DNA of 64,000 nucleotides from Octopus vulgaris (Eukaryota): the NCBI GenBank assembly GCA_951406725.2, contig OX597826.1, positions 65,906,001 to 65,970,000 of the forward strand, in the 5' to 3' direction. Below the pieces are notes generated by a model. That model did no database searches, was not told the origin of the DNA, and worked only from the letters and a program-made list of their open reading frames with translations. This document shows, piece by piece, positions 1 to 13,104 of this stretch (position 1 is the stretch's first letter; each line of letters begins with the position of its first letter). The translations under genes and the position numbers were made by a program.

Positions 1-112
1 TAATGGTAAAAAATTAATACTAAGTATATAATTTTTTATAATTTTTTAGCGTCCCTTTCCAGCGTGTGGCTTTACTTATAGTAACAGCCCTTAATATAAT
101 AATGCATCTGTG

Positions 113-193
<81 letters not shown>

Positions 194-257
194 TCAAGAA
201 AGAATTAAGTAAAACGATACAGAAATAAAAGAAACATTTAATACATCAAAATATACA

Positions 258-598
258 GGTGAGGTTGTGTGGTTAAGAAGCTTGCTTCCCAACCACATAG
301 TTCTAGGTTCAGTCCCACTGCGTGGCACTTAGGCAAGTGTCTTCTACTATACCCTCCAAAGCCGACCAAAGCATATGTATATATGTGTGTGAGTGTGTCC
401 GTGTTTGTCCCCCCCCCCACCACCACCACCACTATAACGTGACAACTGATGTTGATGTGTTTGCGTCCCCGTAACTCTTCGCGGTTCGATAAAAGAACCG
501 GTAGAATAAATACTAGGCTTATAAAGAATAAGTCCCGGAGTCAATTTCTTCGACTAAATGTGGTACTACAGCATGGCCGCAGTCGAATGACTGAAATT
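258..598 (+). mobile_element. tRNA-derived SINE (CORE-like CTT[GA]GGCAAGT family)
   Basis: Head with A/B-box-like motifs (GGTTCAGTCCC). Many related copies in the window (~6855-7240 minus, 35080-35510, 43387-43795, 50750-50905, 54728-54880, 57048-57590, 58150-58720, 61160-61320). Confidence 0.8.
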
Positions 599-660
599 AT
601 TTATTTTTAAATTGAAACATCAGTGATTTGCAGTCGCTCTTTTACTATGTCAGAGGTGAT

Positions 661-708
<48 letters not shown>

Positions 709-718
709 GTGATGACGA

Positions 719-942
719 GCTGGCAGAAACGTTAGCACGCCGGGCGAGATGCTGAGCGGTATTTCGTCTGTCGTAACGATGTGAGTTCAAATTCCGCCGA
801 GGTCGACTTTGCCTTTCATCCTTTCGGGGTCGATTTAATTAAGTACCAGTTACGCACTGGGGTCGATATAATCGACTTAATACCTATGTCTGTCCTTGTT
901 TGTCCTCTCTATGTTTAGCCCCTTGTGGGTAATAAAGAAATA
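719..942 (+). mobile_element. tRNA-derived SINE (Meta-domain-like family) with target-site duplication
   Basis: GAGTTCAAATTCC B-box; GCCTTTCATCCTTTCGGGGTCGAT..AAGTACCAG central domain; GGTGATGACGA duplicated at 708-718 and 943-953. Confidence 0.85.
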
Positions 943-1001
943 GGTGATGACGATCATACTAATAATGTCTCTTTTTTTTTTCCTCCTCTTTTCCTTCACA
1001 G

Positions 1002-1428
1002 GGTAGTTACCATCCGTAGAGCACGTCTGACAGTTATGTTCTGCTGTCTGGCCGTCCTTCTATTTTGCTGCTTGCCTTTCGTCAAATTCGGAGCGTATTC
1101 GATTCAGTTCCCGTGTACCTGGTGTTTCTTAAAGTTTCACCGGAAGACGGACTCCCATCTGTCAGTGTACGCCATCTTGTTCGGTTTCATCAACCTCGTT
1201 CTAATCGCTGCCATGGTAATCTTCAACCTCGTTGTCGTTATTACACTGCTGCACATGCGCAGACAAAGAAGAGTGAACACGTCTCCGTCTTCATCGATAA
1301 AAAGAATTCTTCCACCAACACCGGCTCCATCAGTTTTGGCCAAAATCAAAATTGAAATGGAAATCAAAATGGTGTGGTTTCTATGTTGCATCACCACATT
1401 CTTCCTTATTTGTTGGGTTCCCCTCAAT
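1002..1428 (+). CDS. Prostanoid (prostaglandin/thromboxane) receptor-family GPCR, penultimate coding exon (TM4-TM6)
   Basis: Polypyrimidine tract plus CAG acceptor (AG 1000-1001) and GTAAGT donor at 1429. Translation carries the prostanoid-receptor ECL2 signature FGAYSIQFPCTWCF, a hydrophobic TM5, and TM6 EIKMVWFL...ICWVPLN. Upstream exon(s) lie outside the window. Confidence 0.92.
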
Positions 1429-1594
1429 GTAAGTAAGCCTTAACGTTCTGTCTCTCTCCCTCTCTCTGTCTTTCTCTCTCTCCCTCGCTCTCTTTCTTTT
1501 TCTCTTTCTCTCAGTTTCTAATAAAAGCTTAGCAGAGTTAAACCTGAACAAATTATGTATACCTTTCTCTTTCTTTCTTTCGTGCTTTCTTTCT

Positions 1595-1706
<112 letters not shown>

Positions 1707-1735
1707 GTCTATCTATATATATATACATGTACTTT

Positions 1736-1879
1736 ATTTCAAAGCAGCAGAAAATTCAGCAAAAGCTGTAACTCTGAGTTTCACGTTCCCGTTCGTCGGA
1801 CAGTTTTTGCTCTGTCCGACGAACGGGAACGTGAAACTCAGAGTAACAGGTTTTGTTGAATTTTCTGCTGCTTTGAAAT
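1736..1879. repeat. 68-bp-arm inverted repeat carrying two hammerhead-like motifs
   Basis: Arms 1736-1803 and 1812-1879 are near-perfect reverse complements; 8-nt loop. Confidence 0.9.
1812..1849 (+). ncRNA. Minimal type-I hammerhead ribozyme motif (CCGACGA core); mirror copy on minus strand 1766-1803
   Basis: CTGT-CCGACGA-ACG(GGAA)CGT-GAAA-CTC(A)GAG-TA-ACAG: stems I, II and III all pair; GUA cleavage triplet. Confidence 0.7.
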
Positions 1880-2000
1880 TAAGCATATTACTCTATCCCT
1901 GGTATTTGAGTACTCTTTTTTCCACCTTGTTTCACATTTATGTGTTTACTCCGGTATATATACATATATACATATATATATATAAAATATACATACAAAT

Positions 2001-2038
<38 letters not shown>

Positions 2039-2045
2039 CATACAA

Positions 2046-2107
<62 letters not shown>

Positions 2108-2538
2108 GATAACATTGTTATTATAAAATAATAATAATAATAGTGGCCAGCATGCAATTAAAAACCATAGCGGTAAAAATTAATATAGATTTATAATTAT
2201 ATATAAAAAAATATATAATCATAATGATGGATACTCGGAAAAAGTACCAACATGCTAGAAATAGAAGTCAAAAAGACTCTAAACCACCTATTTCCCTCTT
2301 TTGCACAGGTGAATGCGAGGAAAATGAGCAAAATAAAATGTAGCCAACCTTTAACAGATAAATAGGTAGTCCCATAGATTAGATTTTTTAAAATTTGAAT
2401 GCTTAACACCGAATGTGTTAATGCAGGTACATTTATGTATTATAGGCTTTCGTGATTTGTATATTTGTACTTGAACTGATGCAAAGTGATTTAATTTGAT
2501 AAAGGGATTTGACCTTTGAAATTTGTTCTCCATTCTTG

Positions 2539-2629
<91 letters not shown>

Positions 2630-2631
<2 letters not shown>

Positions 2632-2840
2632 CGGGAAGCTTTATGAAAATAAACAAAAGATGAAGGCAGGTGGAATACAAACAAACAATTGTATTAGTAT
2701 GGCGCTCAGGAATATAAATAGAACAAGTCTTTTACGTTTCGAGCCTACGCTCTTCAACAGAAAGATACACAGAAAAGAAACACGGAAAGAAACAAGGAGA
2801 GAAAAAAAATGCGTGCAGAAGCTAGCGATTCAACATGGCG
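2630..2840 (-). mobile_element. Penelope-like terminal-repeat (pLTR) family copy with hammerhead-variant motif
   Basis: Flanked by (TA)n. Minus strand reads CTTTCTGTTGAAGAGCGTAGGCTCGAAACGTAAAAG. Related copies at ~3655-3790, 23795-23915 (partial), 28075-28280, 30430-30620 and 31548-31710. Confidence 0.65.
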
Positions 2841-2849
2841 ATATATATA

Positions 2850-2885
<36 letters not shown>

Positions 2886-2903
2886 TGTATGTATGTATGT
2901 ATG

Positions 2904-2985
<82 letters not shown>

Positions 2986-3582
2986 TTTCACTGACAGTCT
3001 CTTTAACATTGTCATTTATGATAACTATCTAAATGTTTTCTTTTGGCTACGGGATGCGCACACGCTATACACGCGCGCATGCCATACACGCGCGCACGCC
3101 ATACACGCACGCGCACTATACACGCACGCAGTACATGGAGTCAGACAGACACTAAGATTTTTTGCAACAGTAAACAATCGTTTAAGTCTCGCAGTGGAAT
3201 GTAGATCCCCGTTTAATGATTTTTTTTTTTTTCTGCTTTTGTCTTTGTAACGATGAGAGAAGAGCGATCGTTGTTAGTTTCTGCCCTTCCTCCTGCCTCA
3301 ACAGAGATGGATTATGCACTTTCTCAACGAGTCACTTTTTGACCGCAGAAAAAGCATCAGCTTAGACCTATTTATAGTATTTACAATCTCTGACAGTACT
3401 AAGCTGGTCTGCATAATTTGTATAACAATGCAAGAGTTGGCATTAAAGACTAATTAGTAAGTTAATTAATTAATTAATTAATTAATTAATAGGAGCACTA
3501 TTTGTTGAAAGGATAATTGGATATGCAGCATACAATTTAGCTCTGCTATATAAAGACAGATTCCATGGATAGGTACAGGATA

Positions 3583-3614
<32 letters not shown>

Positions 3615-3991
3615 TGTGTGTGTGTGTGTGTATGTGTGTGTGTGTGTGCAGTGAGAATTTACAAAAAAATAAACAAAAGACGAAGACAGCCGTGTAAACA
3701 ACAAACAGATGTATTAGTTTAACGCTCGGGAAGTTAGAAAGTCTTTCTTTACGTTTCGAGCTTGCGCTCTTCGACAGAAAGGAACACAGAAAGTAAATCT
3801 CTAAACTAGTGACCGCTAAATCTTAGTTTCGTTAGTGATCCTATTAAAATGTATATTATATCTTAAAACTAAATGTTTCCTATCATTAATTTAATCAAAT
3901 AAGCCCCCCCCCCCCCGAGTAACCATTGCCACCTCTCAGATTTGTATTCCATTTCAAACATGACTTCATATTAATCTCTTCTCTCTTACAG

Positions 3992-4582
3992 GTTCACATT
4001 CTGGAGTCGCAGCTAACAAACAAAACGCAATCGAAGAAAGATCTTCTCTCCGTTCGCCTAGCCTCAATTAACCAGATAATTGATCCTTGGCTGTACATAC
4101 TGCTACGGGGAAATCTCTTCAGAAAAATATTCAATTACATCAAAAATCTCTTCCCAAGAAAACGCAGGCGTTCGCTGAAGACAAAAAGCGAACAATACAA
4201 GCACAAGCCCTCGCTCATCAAGCAAAATTCTCGTTCAAATAAAATAGCTTATAAAGAAATGTGTTGCTTAACATCACGAACAGACGATATGGCGGAAAGT
4301 GTCCATATAAAATCAAACGACACTTCCGCACAGCCGAACACTGTTGATTGTAAAGATATAGAGTCGAACATTTGCAATGAAAATACCGATCAACATCAGA
4401 ACGAGAATTCCAATAGCAATAGCTACCAAATGAGTTCTTACACCCAATCAGGGGAAGGTAGCAATATCCCTACATCTATGACCTACCCGTGCATATCAAA
4501 TACTACAAATGGCTTACCTCAGCTTCCTGATTCCATAGACTCTGTATCTGAAAGCAAGTACTCAAATAGGAAGTCACTGTAG
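3992..4582 (+). CDS. Prostanoid receptor-family GPCR, terminal exon (ECL3, TM7, C-tail)
   Basis: Acceptor ctctcttacAG (3990-3991), phase 0, matching the donor at 1429. TM7 RLASINQIIDPWLYILLR matches the prostanoid receptor RxxxxNQIxDPWxY motif. Ser/Thr-rich tail; TAG at 4580-4582. Confidence 0.93.
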   Translation, partial: VHILESQLTNKTQSKKDLLSVRLASINQIIDPWLYILLRGNLFRKIFNYIKNLFPRKRRRSLKTKSEQYKHKPSLIKQNSRSNKIAYKEMCCLTSRTDDMAESVHIKSNDTSAQPNTVDCKDIESNICNENTDQHQNENSNSNSYQMSSYTQSGEGSNIPTSMTYPCISNTTNGLPQLPDSIDSVSESKYSNRKSL

Positions 4583-6531
4583 TCAAACTTCAATCGTCGA
4601 CTAATGTTTGATTTGTTATTTTAAAATGATAGATAGGGCTGTGTTGGGTGCTGATACGCTGTAGTCACAGTTGAGCGTTGCTGATAAAACAGCGGAACTA
4701 AACAGTTCGTGATAATGTACGACCGACGGAATTGGTCCTACGCTTTAGTACAAATTTACTGTATTGTTTGCGTTGTTTATAGATGAACACAGGAGTAGCA
4801 CATTGTTATTTGAGTTGTTTGTGGATGGGCTAAACCCAAATCAACCCGCACGAAACTAAAATCTGACTGACACAAATGAAACGCAGCCATACCATAAACA
4901 CTGAAATGGTGAGAAAGGTTTATTGGTGAATTTTCATTAAAACCTTCCTATTAAAGAAGTGAATTTGTTCCCATTGAAAAAAAAAAATCAAAAAACTCCG
5001 ATTGACTCTATCACCAATGACTGCTTGTCAGTCATAGTTAGAAAGGGAACACTTCTGTCAACTAATTTATTTCAACTACTGTTTCATTAGGTGATATTTC
5101 CCGGTGAAAGTAGCATATTGTTTGTTGTTGTTGCTACTGTTGTTATTTACGTTGGTATTACCGAGTAATACCAGCGTTAACTCTTAGCTCAGAATAATGT
5201 TATGGAAATTACCGATCAAAAATTTGTTTTTCCAGCGTTCAGAGCACGACGTTCTTGTCATTATAATAATATAAGATCTGTGAGCTTTAATCATTCATAC
5301 AGACCCCCATATTTAAAATAGCAGGAAAGATGTGAAAGATATCTATCTGTAACATCAGTCAAGCTAGGCAAATTAATAAAAACTCCCACTGTTTGCCTTG
5401 CTGTTACTAGTCATGGAAGGTTTCTGGCCTGGTGTTGTTCAACACTCGACCAGCAGATCTTTGAGAAATCCATTTCAACCGCAGCCATCATGTTTTCTTT
5501 ATTCAGACATTGTGTATCTTGGACAACATAATATACTATGTCCTTTTTTTTAAAGTTTGAAAGGCATGATTTGAGGGAGATTAAGTCGGGTGAGATCCAG
5601 AAGTTAGTTGCTTCGTAGTTTTAGTTTGACCCTAGGCCAGTTCTAATTAAACAGACCTATGAGTAAAAGCTTCTAGCCTTGAGCATCCAGTGTTTTTGTT
5701 TGTTTGCTTTTTTTTTTCTTCAGGTATAGTTTACCTAGGACTACATTATCTTGTGTACGATCTTTTTTTAAGACGGCAAAGCACAAGGAAGTAGACTTGG
5801 CTGCTCTTTCCAGTAGACCGAGTGGCCGTACAGAGTTCCCTTCGCGTTGTCATTGAGAGTGGTGGCCACTAATGAAGGTTATCTCTGATCGAGTTGAGCT
5901 TAAATCAAGACCATTCCGACCTTGACCATACTACCCTTTTTACGGGTATAATGTACCTAGGTCTACATTATCCAATGTGCCCTTTTCCTTTTTTTGAAAG
6001 CGACAGGTGTGTTTCTAGAATAGTAATTTAACTGCTGTTTCTAGCAGGTTGAGTGAACGCAAGAGTAACCGTGATGAGGTTTATCACTGGTGTTACTGTT
6101 GAAACTTCGCATAGCCTTGAGAAACGAACGGATGTCATAAAAAAATCAATTTGGAATTCTACGTTGTTAAACATAGAAGTAAAGCTTCTCGGTGAAATAA
6201 GCATGACACCCGGTTCACGTACCCGATGTGTCTATCGGATACATTTCACTTAGGTTATAGCACATATGTCATTAAACTGTTTCGAAAAAGCATAAAGGCC
6301 ACAGCTTCTCATTTGCATTCCCCTGAAATCGTAGACTTCATATATTCATACGGTCAGTATCTTCGTTACCACACAACTGTGTGTATATATATATATATTA
6401 TATATTATATATCATATATTATATATTTATATTATACATATGTGTATATGTGTGGGAGTGGGGTGGAGTAGAGTGTTGGGGTGGGTATTCAAATATATTT
6501 TATGTTTAACTGCGCGTGTATGTGTGCGCGC

Positions 6532-6584
<53 letters not shown>

Positions 6585-7073
6585 CAAATGAAATGCATAC
6601 GCATAGATATGCGTGTATGTATGTATTTATTTATTTGTATGTAAATATTAAAATATGCCTGGATACATATGTAAGCACACATCTCTGTATGTGTGTGTAT
6701 ACACGTGTGTGGTGTGTGTGTATGCGTGTATACGTAGGTTTAATAAACATGTCATTAGCTTTGCTTATGAAATGAGAGATTCCTGTGTGAGTCAACGCCG
6801 GGGCCACTCTTTGCAGTGTAAGATTTAAAATGTTTATTAAACGTGCATATATTTTATTCTTTTACTTGTTTCAGTTATTGGACTGCGGCGATGCTGGAGC
6901 ATCGCCTTGAAGGGCTTAACCGAACAAATCAATCCCAGTATCCCTGTGGTTATCTTTAAAGTCTGTTAGTCTGCTGCTTAGTCAATCAGTTCCTTATGCC
7001 GAACCGCAAATTCAAGCGGACGTAAATAAACCGGCACTGGTCGTGGAAGACACACACACACACACACACACAC

Positions 7074-7106
<33 letters not shown>

Positions 7107-7276
7107 GACAGGCCTCCACACAGTTTCCATCAGCCAAATTCACTCACAAGGCACTGATCGGTCCGGAGCTTTAGTAGAATACACTTATCAAAGGTGCCAC
7201 GCAGTGGGACTGAAATCGGAACCATGTGATTGCAAAGTGAATTTCATATCCACGTGTTGCACCTTAATTTACAATT

Positions 7277-7343
<67 letters not shown>

Positions 7344-7959
7344 GCACGCATACACATACATTGGCTGGCAGCGTGTGTGTGTGTGTATGTATGAAGACCA
7401 TGTAACAGCAAAGTTCTTGATACTTCACGGTGCCGAGTTCGAATCCCATCTGTGACAGGCCTCATAGGTGTCAATAAAAAGCTAATCATTCCTATAATAT
7501 GTTGTTGGCTCATTCAGCATTAATATCTTCTTTACGAGTAATTCTTTCTATTATAGGTACAAGGCCTGAAATTTTGAGGGGAGGGGCTAGTCGATTTACA
7601 TTGGCCCGCATTGCTCATCTGGCACTTGTTTCATCGACCTTAAGTGGATGAAAGACAAAGTCGACGTCGGTGAAATTCGAACTCGGCATGTATATAGCCG
7701 AAAGAAATACTACTAAGCATTTTATCCAACTCACTAATGATTCTACCATCACACCAGACAAAATATACTTAGCGGCATTTCGGCCATCTTTACGTTCTGA
7801 GTTCAAATTCCGAAGAGGTCGATCTCGCTTTTAATTTCTTTGTGGGGTCGATAAAATAAATATCAGTTGAGCACTGGGTGGGGTGGGGGTCGATGTAATT
7901 GACTAACCCCCTCACCGAAAAATGTCAGACTTTGTGTCCATAGTACAAAGGATATTTAT

Positions 7960-7976
7960 CATTATTATTATTATTA

Positions 7977-8043
<67 letters not shown>

Positions 8044-8065
8044 CATTATTATTATTATTATTACT
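7960..8065. repeat. (ATT)n microsatellite
   Basis: Directly visible; similar tracts at 22543-22752, 23960-24022 and 24425-24504. Confidence 0.95.
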
Positions 8066-9204
8066 ATGAAAAGAAGAAAATTCATTATTGTGTTGGAAAT
8101 ATCTCCAAGTGCGAAATCGAGAAAATGCATTTAACGTAATATAACAACATATTGTGTCCCAGGGAAAACACACACACACACACACACGTCTGTTTCTGTG
8201 TGTGTATGCATGCATACATCCAAACATACTTGTGTGTGCGTATGTGTGTGTGAGAGAGAGACAGACAGACAGACAGAGTGACAGACAGACAGAGACTACG
8301 TTTGACCATTGATTGATGAGGATTTTGATGTGAACTTAGTAGTTTTCTTGACACCATCATCACCACCGTCGTCGCCACCACCACACCCACCCATCCCCCT
8401 CCGCTGCCGCCACCGCCTCAACACAACATTCGTCATCCGCCTTCAATAAACTAATAATAACAAAGCTGATTCTGTTTCGGGTAAAAATAAAATGAATTAT
8501 ATATAAGTAAAAAATGCTGTGTAACATAATCTTCAAGTGTGCTCAACTCGAAAATTAATGAAATTTTAACAGAAATATAACAGTGGTTGGAGTGGGATGG
8601 AGTGATGCTACCGCTACTACTGCTGCTGCTGCTGATGATGATGGTGATGGTGATGGTGATGGTGATGGTGATGATGAAAGTGACGAAAGATGGCGGTTGT
8701 AATACACGGATTCTAAACATGCAAATGTGTGTGTACGTGTGTAAATGAATTAATGATTGTTCGATATTTGCCGTTATATATTTTGTACAGTGCTCAAATT
8801 ATATATAAAATTTACATCTAAAATATATATATATATAAATGTGTGTGTGTCATATAAAAAAACACGGGTTCAAATCTTACATCCTGCTTCTTGTGTTTAT
8901 TTATCCGTGTGTTTATGTGTTGAATTTCCATTTCATTTTATTGTTTTTGTCTTCTTTTTTTTTGTTGTTTTTGTTGTTTGCTGGCCTATCCTTCTCGTTT
9001 TTTTTTTTTAGCTCTTAACATGTGTTCACTAAAGTTTATTTACGCTGCATATGTTCGTAGTTGTAGATAAGTCACAACCGAATTTCTCTTGTGGTTTCAA
9101 CATGTTAACTTCAGCTTCTGACCTGTGCAAGTATGTCACGTGTTGCTTTTCGTGATTACTGTTGGCAATTTTGTTTGCAGCTGCATTTAGATAATAATTT
9201 CATA

Positions 9205-9935
9205 TTTTGGCACAAGGCCAGCAATTTCAGGTATGGAAGATAAGTTGATTACATCAACCCCACTGTTCAACTGCTGCTTATTTTATCAAATCCCGAGTGG
9301 ATGAGAGACAAAGTCAGCCTCGACAGAATTTGAACCCAGAACACGAAGACGGACGAAATATTGCGATGCTTTTTGCTCGGCGTGCTAACGATTCTTATTT
9401 CTTTATTGCCCACAAGGGGCTAAACATAAAGGGGACAAACAAGGATATTAAGTCGATTACATCGACCCCAGTGCGTAACTGGTACTTAATTTATCGACCT
9501 CGAAAGGATGAAAGGCAAAGTCGACCTCGGCGGAATTTGAACTCAAAACGTAACGGCAGACGAAATACCTATTTCTTTACTACCAACAAGGAGCTAAACA
9601 CAGAGAGGACAAACAAGGACAGACAAACGGATTAAGTCGATTACATCGACCCCAGTGCGTAACTGGTACTTAATTTATCGACCCCGAAAGGATGAAAGGC
9701 AAAGTCCACCTCGGCGGAATTTGAACTCTGAACATAACGGCAGACGAAATACGGCTACGCATTTTGCCCGGCGTGCTAACGATTCTGCCAGCTCGCCACC
9801 CTTTTTTTTTTTTTCTTTTTGAAAGAATGAAACGAAAAGTCGACCTCGCCGGAACTTGAACTCAGAACATAAAGACCGACGAAATACCGCTAAGCATTTT
9901 GCCCAGCGTACTAACGATTCTGCCAGCTCGCCACT
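9205..9935 (-). mobile_element. Cluster of nested/tandem Meta-like SINEs
   Basis: Repeated GAAAGGATGAAAGGCAAAGTCGACCTCGGCGGAATTTGAACTC units, the reverse complement of the 719-942 family. Confidence 0.8.
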
Positions 9936-10228
9936 CTTGACTAGAGTACACGAGTAATTATTGTTACACTCAATAAAGTGTAGAGGAACAAAGTTTAGCA
10001 TAACAATAGCTTTTATTAATCGATTCCTGGAACAATAAACCGGTGCTTTTATTCTGCCAGTCTCTAGAATTTAGCTAAGTGTGATTGGTGATTCTCGTAA
10101 ATTTCTAAGTGAAAAAGAAAAAGCGAGAACAATAGGGAGTGTATTTATAGAAAAATGTAGATTCAGTTTCGAATCCTGGCTTAGAATCAAGGAACCCATT
10201 CGTTACACACACACACACACGTATAAAT

Positions 10229-10260
<32 letters not shown>

Positions 10261-11271
10261 GTATCTTTATTGGCCACACAGGGCTGCACACAGATGGGAC
10301 AAGTTACAAGGTCGAGCTTTTCTTTTGGGGGAGAAAAAAAAAAAGGTGGCGTAGGTTTTCGATCAAAAGGGATCGTAAAAGGGGAAAAAAAGGAAAAGAA
10401 AAAAAAGGGGGAAAAAGAAAAGAAAAATGAAAAAAAAAGAAAAAAGAGGAAAAAAGGGGGAGAGGAAAAAACAATCAATGGGGATCGTGTATCATAGTGT
10501 CATGATATATGGTGTAAAGGGGAAAGCAAGTAAGGTTTATCCGTGGGAAGAAAAGTCTACGAAAAAGACCACGGTAACCTTGGTCAATATTGTTATGTGT
10601 TACCACATTTGTTTGCAAGTGGGTAACCCTCTGTTTTCAATTTCTGAGTTCATAGGATTATGCTCAAGGTGGCTTCGTCATTCATACGTGCCATCCTTGC
10701 TACATTCACTCATCTTTTTTTAAAACGTTCGCTAGACAAAACTTGCCTCTCTACTCTCACTTTCCTTTTCAAGTGGTACTTGAAGAAGTTGTTGAGAGGT
10801 TGACCAGAGAGGAAAGTGTTTTTCTCCAATCCTTTCAGACGAGACCACCAGATACATTCTTTCGCCATAGCCACAAGGATGATGAAAATAGCTCTTCCTT
10901 CCCATTTGAAGGAAGGAGGCGTGACAATATTGACGATAGACTCAGCTGATAAACTGACTCGTCCCACACGTGACAGCAGTTGTTCGACATAAGCCCACAG
11001 GTCGGAAATTGTTGGACACTGCACGAGTGCGTGCAGAACGGTTTCGTCGCTCTGACCGCATCTCGGGCCGTGTCTGAAGAGCTTATCCCGAACGGGTAGC
11101 GCTTCTCGGTAGCACTGTCAGGCCAGGGATCTCTGGAAGTTGTCCATGAGCCCTGGCCCGAAAGTCGTCCCGAACAGGCGGGTCAGGTATTCCTCGTCGA
11201 CGTCCAGGTTCGCCCCGAGCTCGTCGTCGTACCTCACCTCCACTAATCCCCTATAGAATGCTTTGGTTGTG
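10261..11271 (-). mobile_element. 5'-truncated L1/Tx1-clade LINE (C-terminal zinc-binding region and 3' UTR) inserted in (GATA)n
   Basis: Minus-strand translation ...AWQCYREALPVRDKLF...PRCGQSDETVLHALVQCPTISDLWAYVEQLL...AKECIWWSR, typical of the L1/Tx1 ORF2 C-terminus; AATAAA near the 3' end; (GATA)n on both sides. Confidence 0.82.
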
Positions 11272-11369
<98 letters not shown>

Positions 11370-11373
11370 TATT

Positions 11374-11461
<88 letters not shown>

Positions 11462-11515
11462 CAGATAGATGCACACGCACGCACACACACACGCATGCAC
11501 GCACGACACACACAC

Positions 11516-12743
11516 ACAGTGCAAGGAGTATTTGAAGGCATTAAATTATCAGTATATTTCTCTCTTGAAACTAATCAAAAAGGTTTTCATTTCTTTAAGA
11601 CCCTCCCCCATCACAGCAAATAAAAACAAAATGCTAACACAAGAAATTGAAGGATATGCAGTCACTATTGCCACACGTGCGGTACACAGCGATTTAGAAA
11701 TTGCCAACTTTGTGAATGATGTAAGATCTTTTGTACACGAAGTTCAGATGGAATTGGTAGCCTCTAGTGCCAATGCTTTAAATGTTTCAAAGACGAAAAG
11801 AAAACATTCTAAAAACGTTCGGACCCTATAAGGAATTCATCCAACGGGTTTTAGACCTAATCGATGATAATCCCGGAAAATTAATGAGAACCATCGCCAA
11901 AAAACTTCAGGAGTCGGAATAGACTATCTGAACAATGGTTCACGAGGACATTCGATACAAGTCATATATACTGAAGAGAGGTCAATTTATATCTGCAAAG
12001 ACATAGGATCTGTACTAAGCAGTTACTTAAGGTTAAAATTCCTCATGAACATGGCATGCTTTGGTTCTTCTCTGATGAGAAAAACTTCGACTAAGACCAG
12101 AAGTCTAACAGGACAAATGACGGTTATGTACAAATCTAAGTTTCCAGCAACTGTGGTGGTTTTTAAAATGTTTAATAACGAAAGTCATGTCATACTACCT
12201 CGCATCTTTTCATACGGTCTAAGAATTAACGCTGCTGGATACGTTGATGTACTGGAGACAGTTTTTAAGCCCTGGATAGATGAAGCACACAGTGAAAGGC
12301 CATACGTGTTTCAACAAGACCCGGTATCTTCTCAAAAAACACTTATCACCCAAGAATGGTTGTCAATCAATATTTACGATCATGTAACACTAATCTTGTG
12401 GCCTCCGAACTCACCAGATTTAAAATCCAATGGACAACGGTTGGAGAGTCGTTGAAATTAAGACAAATCAGCATCTTCACAATACAATAGTTTCACTGAA
12501 GGCCGTCATTTTGCTGGTGTTGCCCGAAGGGAATAAGAACCATTTAGTGCGGACCTGTCAACAATTCCGGTGCCGCGTTGAAGTTGTCATCGAAGCTGAA
12601 GGCAAATTCATGGAATAATCTGACGAGAAAGCTTATCTCGAACACGTGCACAAATTTTTATGATAATACATTTAATTTTTACAAGATTAGGGTTGTTTTA
12701 TTAATTAACTAGATATGTACTCAAATAACCCCCACACTCTGTA
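11516..12743 (+). mobile_element. Degenerate Tc1/mariner-superfamily transposon, DD37D (maT-type)
   Basis: Frameshifted transposase with WFFSDEKNF, YVFQQD and WPPNSPDL(N)PMD; 37 residues between D2 and D3. Right end CACACTCTG-TA; decayed matching left terminus near 11516. Confidence 0.85.
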
Positions 12744-13068
12744 TCAGTACACACACACACACACACACAAACACACACACGTATATTATTTTTAATCAGC
12801 GGAAGTTACGAAGCGACTCATAGGCTGAGAGTTTCTTTCATGGAACTTATCAGACTGCTTTCAAATTTGGGTGACTTCATTTTTAAAAACCGACTTAAAT
12901 TATGAATATACTTATTCCTGGATTACTCCTAGAAAAATTTAGGAAAAAAACTACAAGATCACGTGGATAAGGCAGTTTTTTTTCACGTACTCTGTCCGTC
13001 AAGTAAGTTCATTAATGAATAAATAAAAAATGTACAAGGAAAGGAGAATGCATATACATCCACATACG

Positions 13069-13104
<36 letters not shown>

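Noticed and set aside
925-1001. 5' extensions of track ORFs (also 3926-3991, 46068-46078, 54408-54500, 63874-63942)
   Set aside because: Intronic sequence upstream of clear splice acceptors.
2295-2370. Strong-looking acceptor TTTTGCACAG in the GPCR intron (possible truncating alternative exon)
   Set aside because: Lies in repeat-like sequence between (TA)n tracts, encodes a short non-conserved peptide, and has no transcript evidence.
9420-9780. Repeated units resembling a CRISPR or other regular array
   Set aside because: Nested SINE copies in a eukaryotic genome; no repeat-spacer periodicity and no cas genes.
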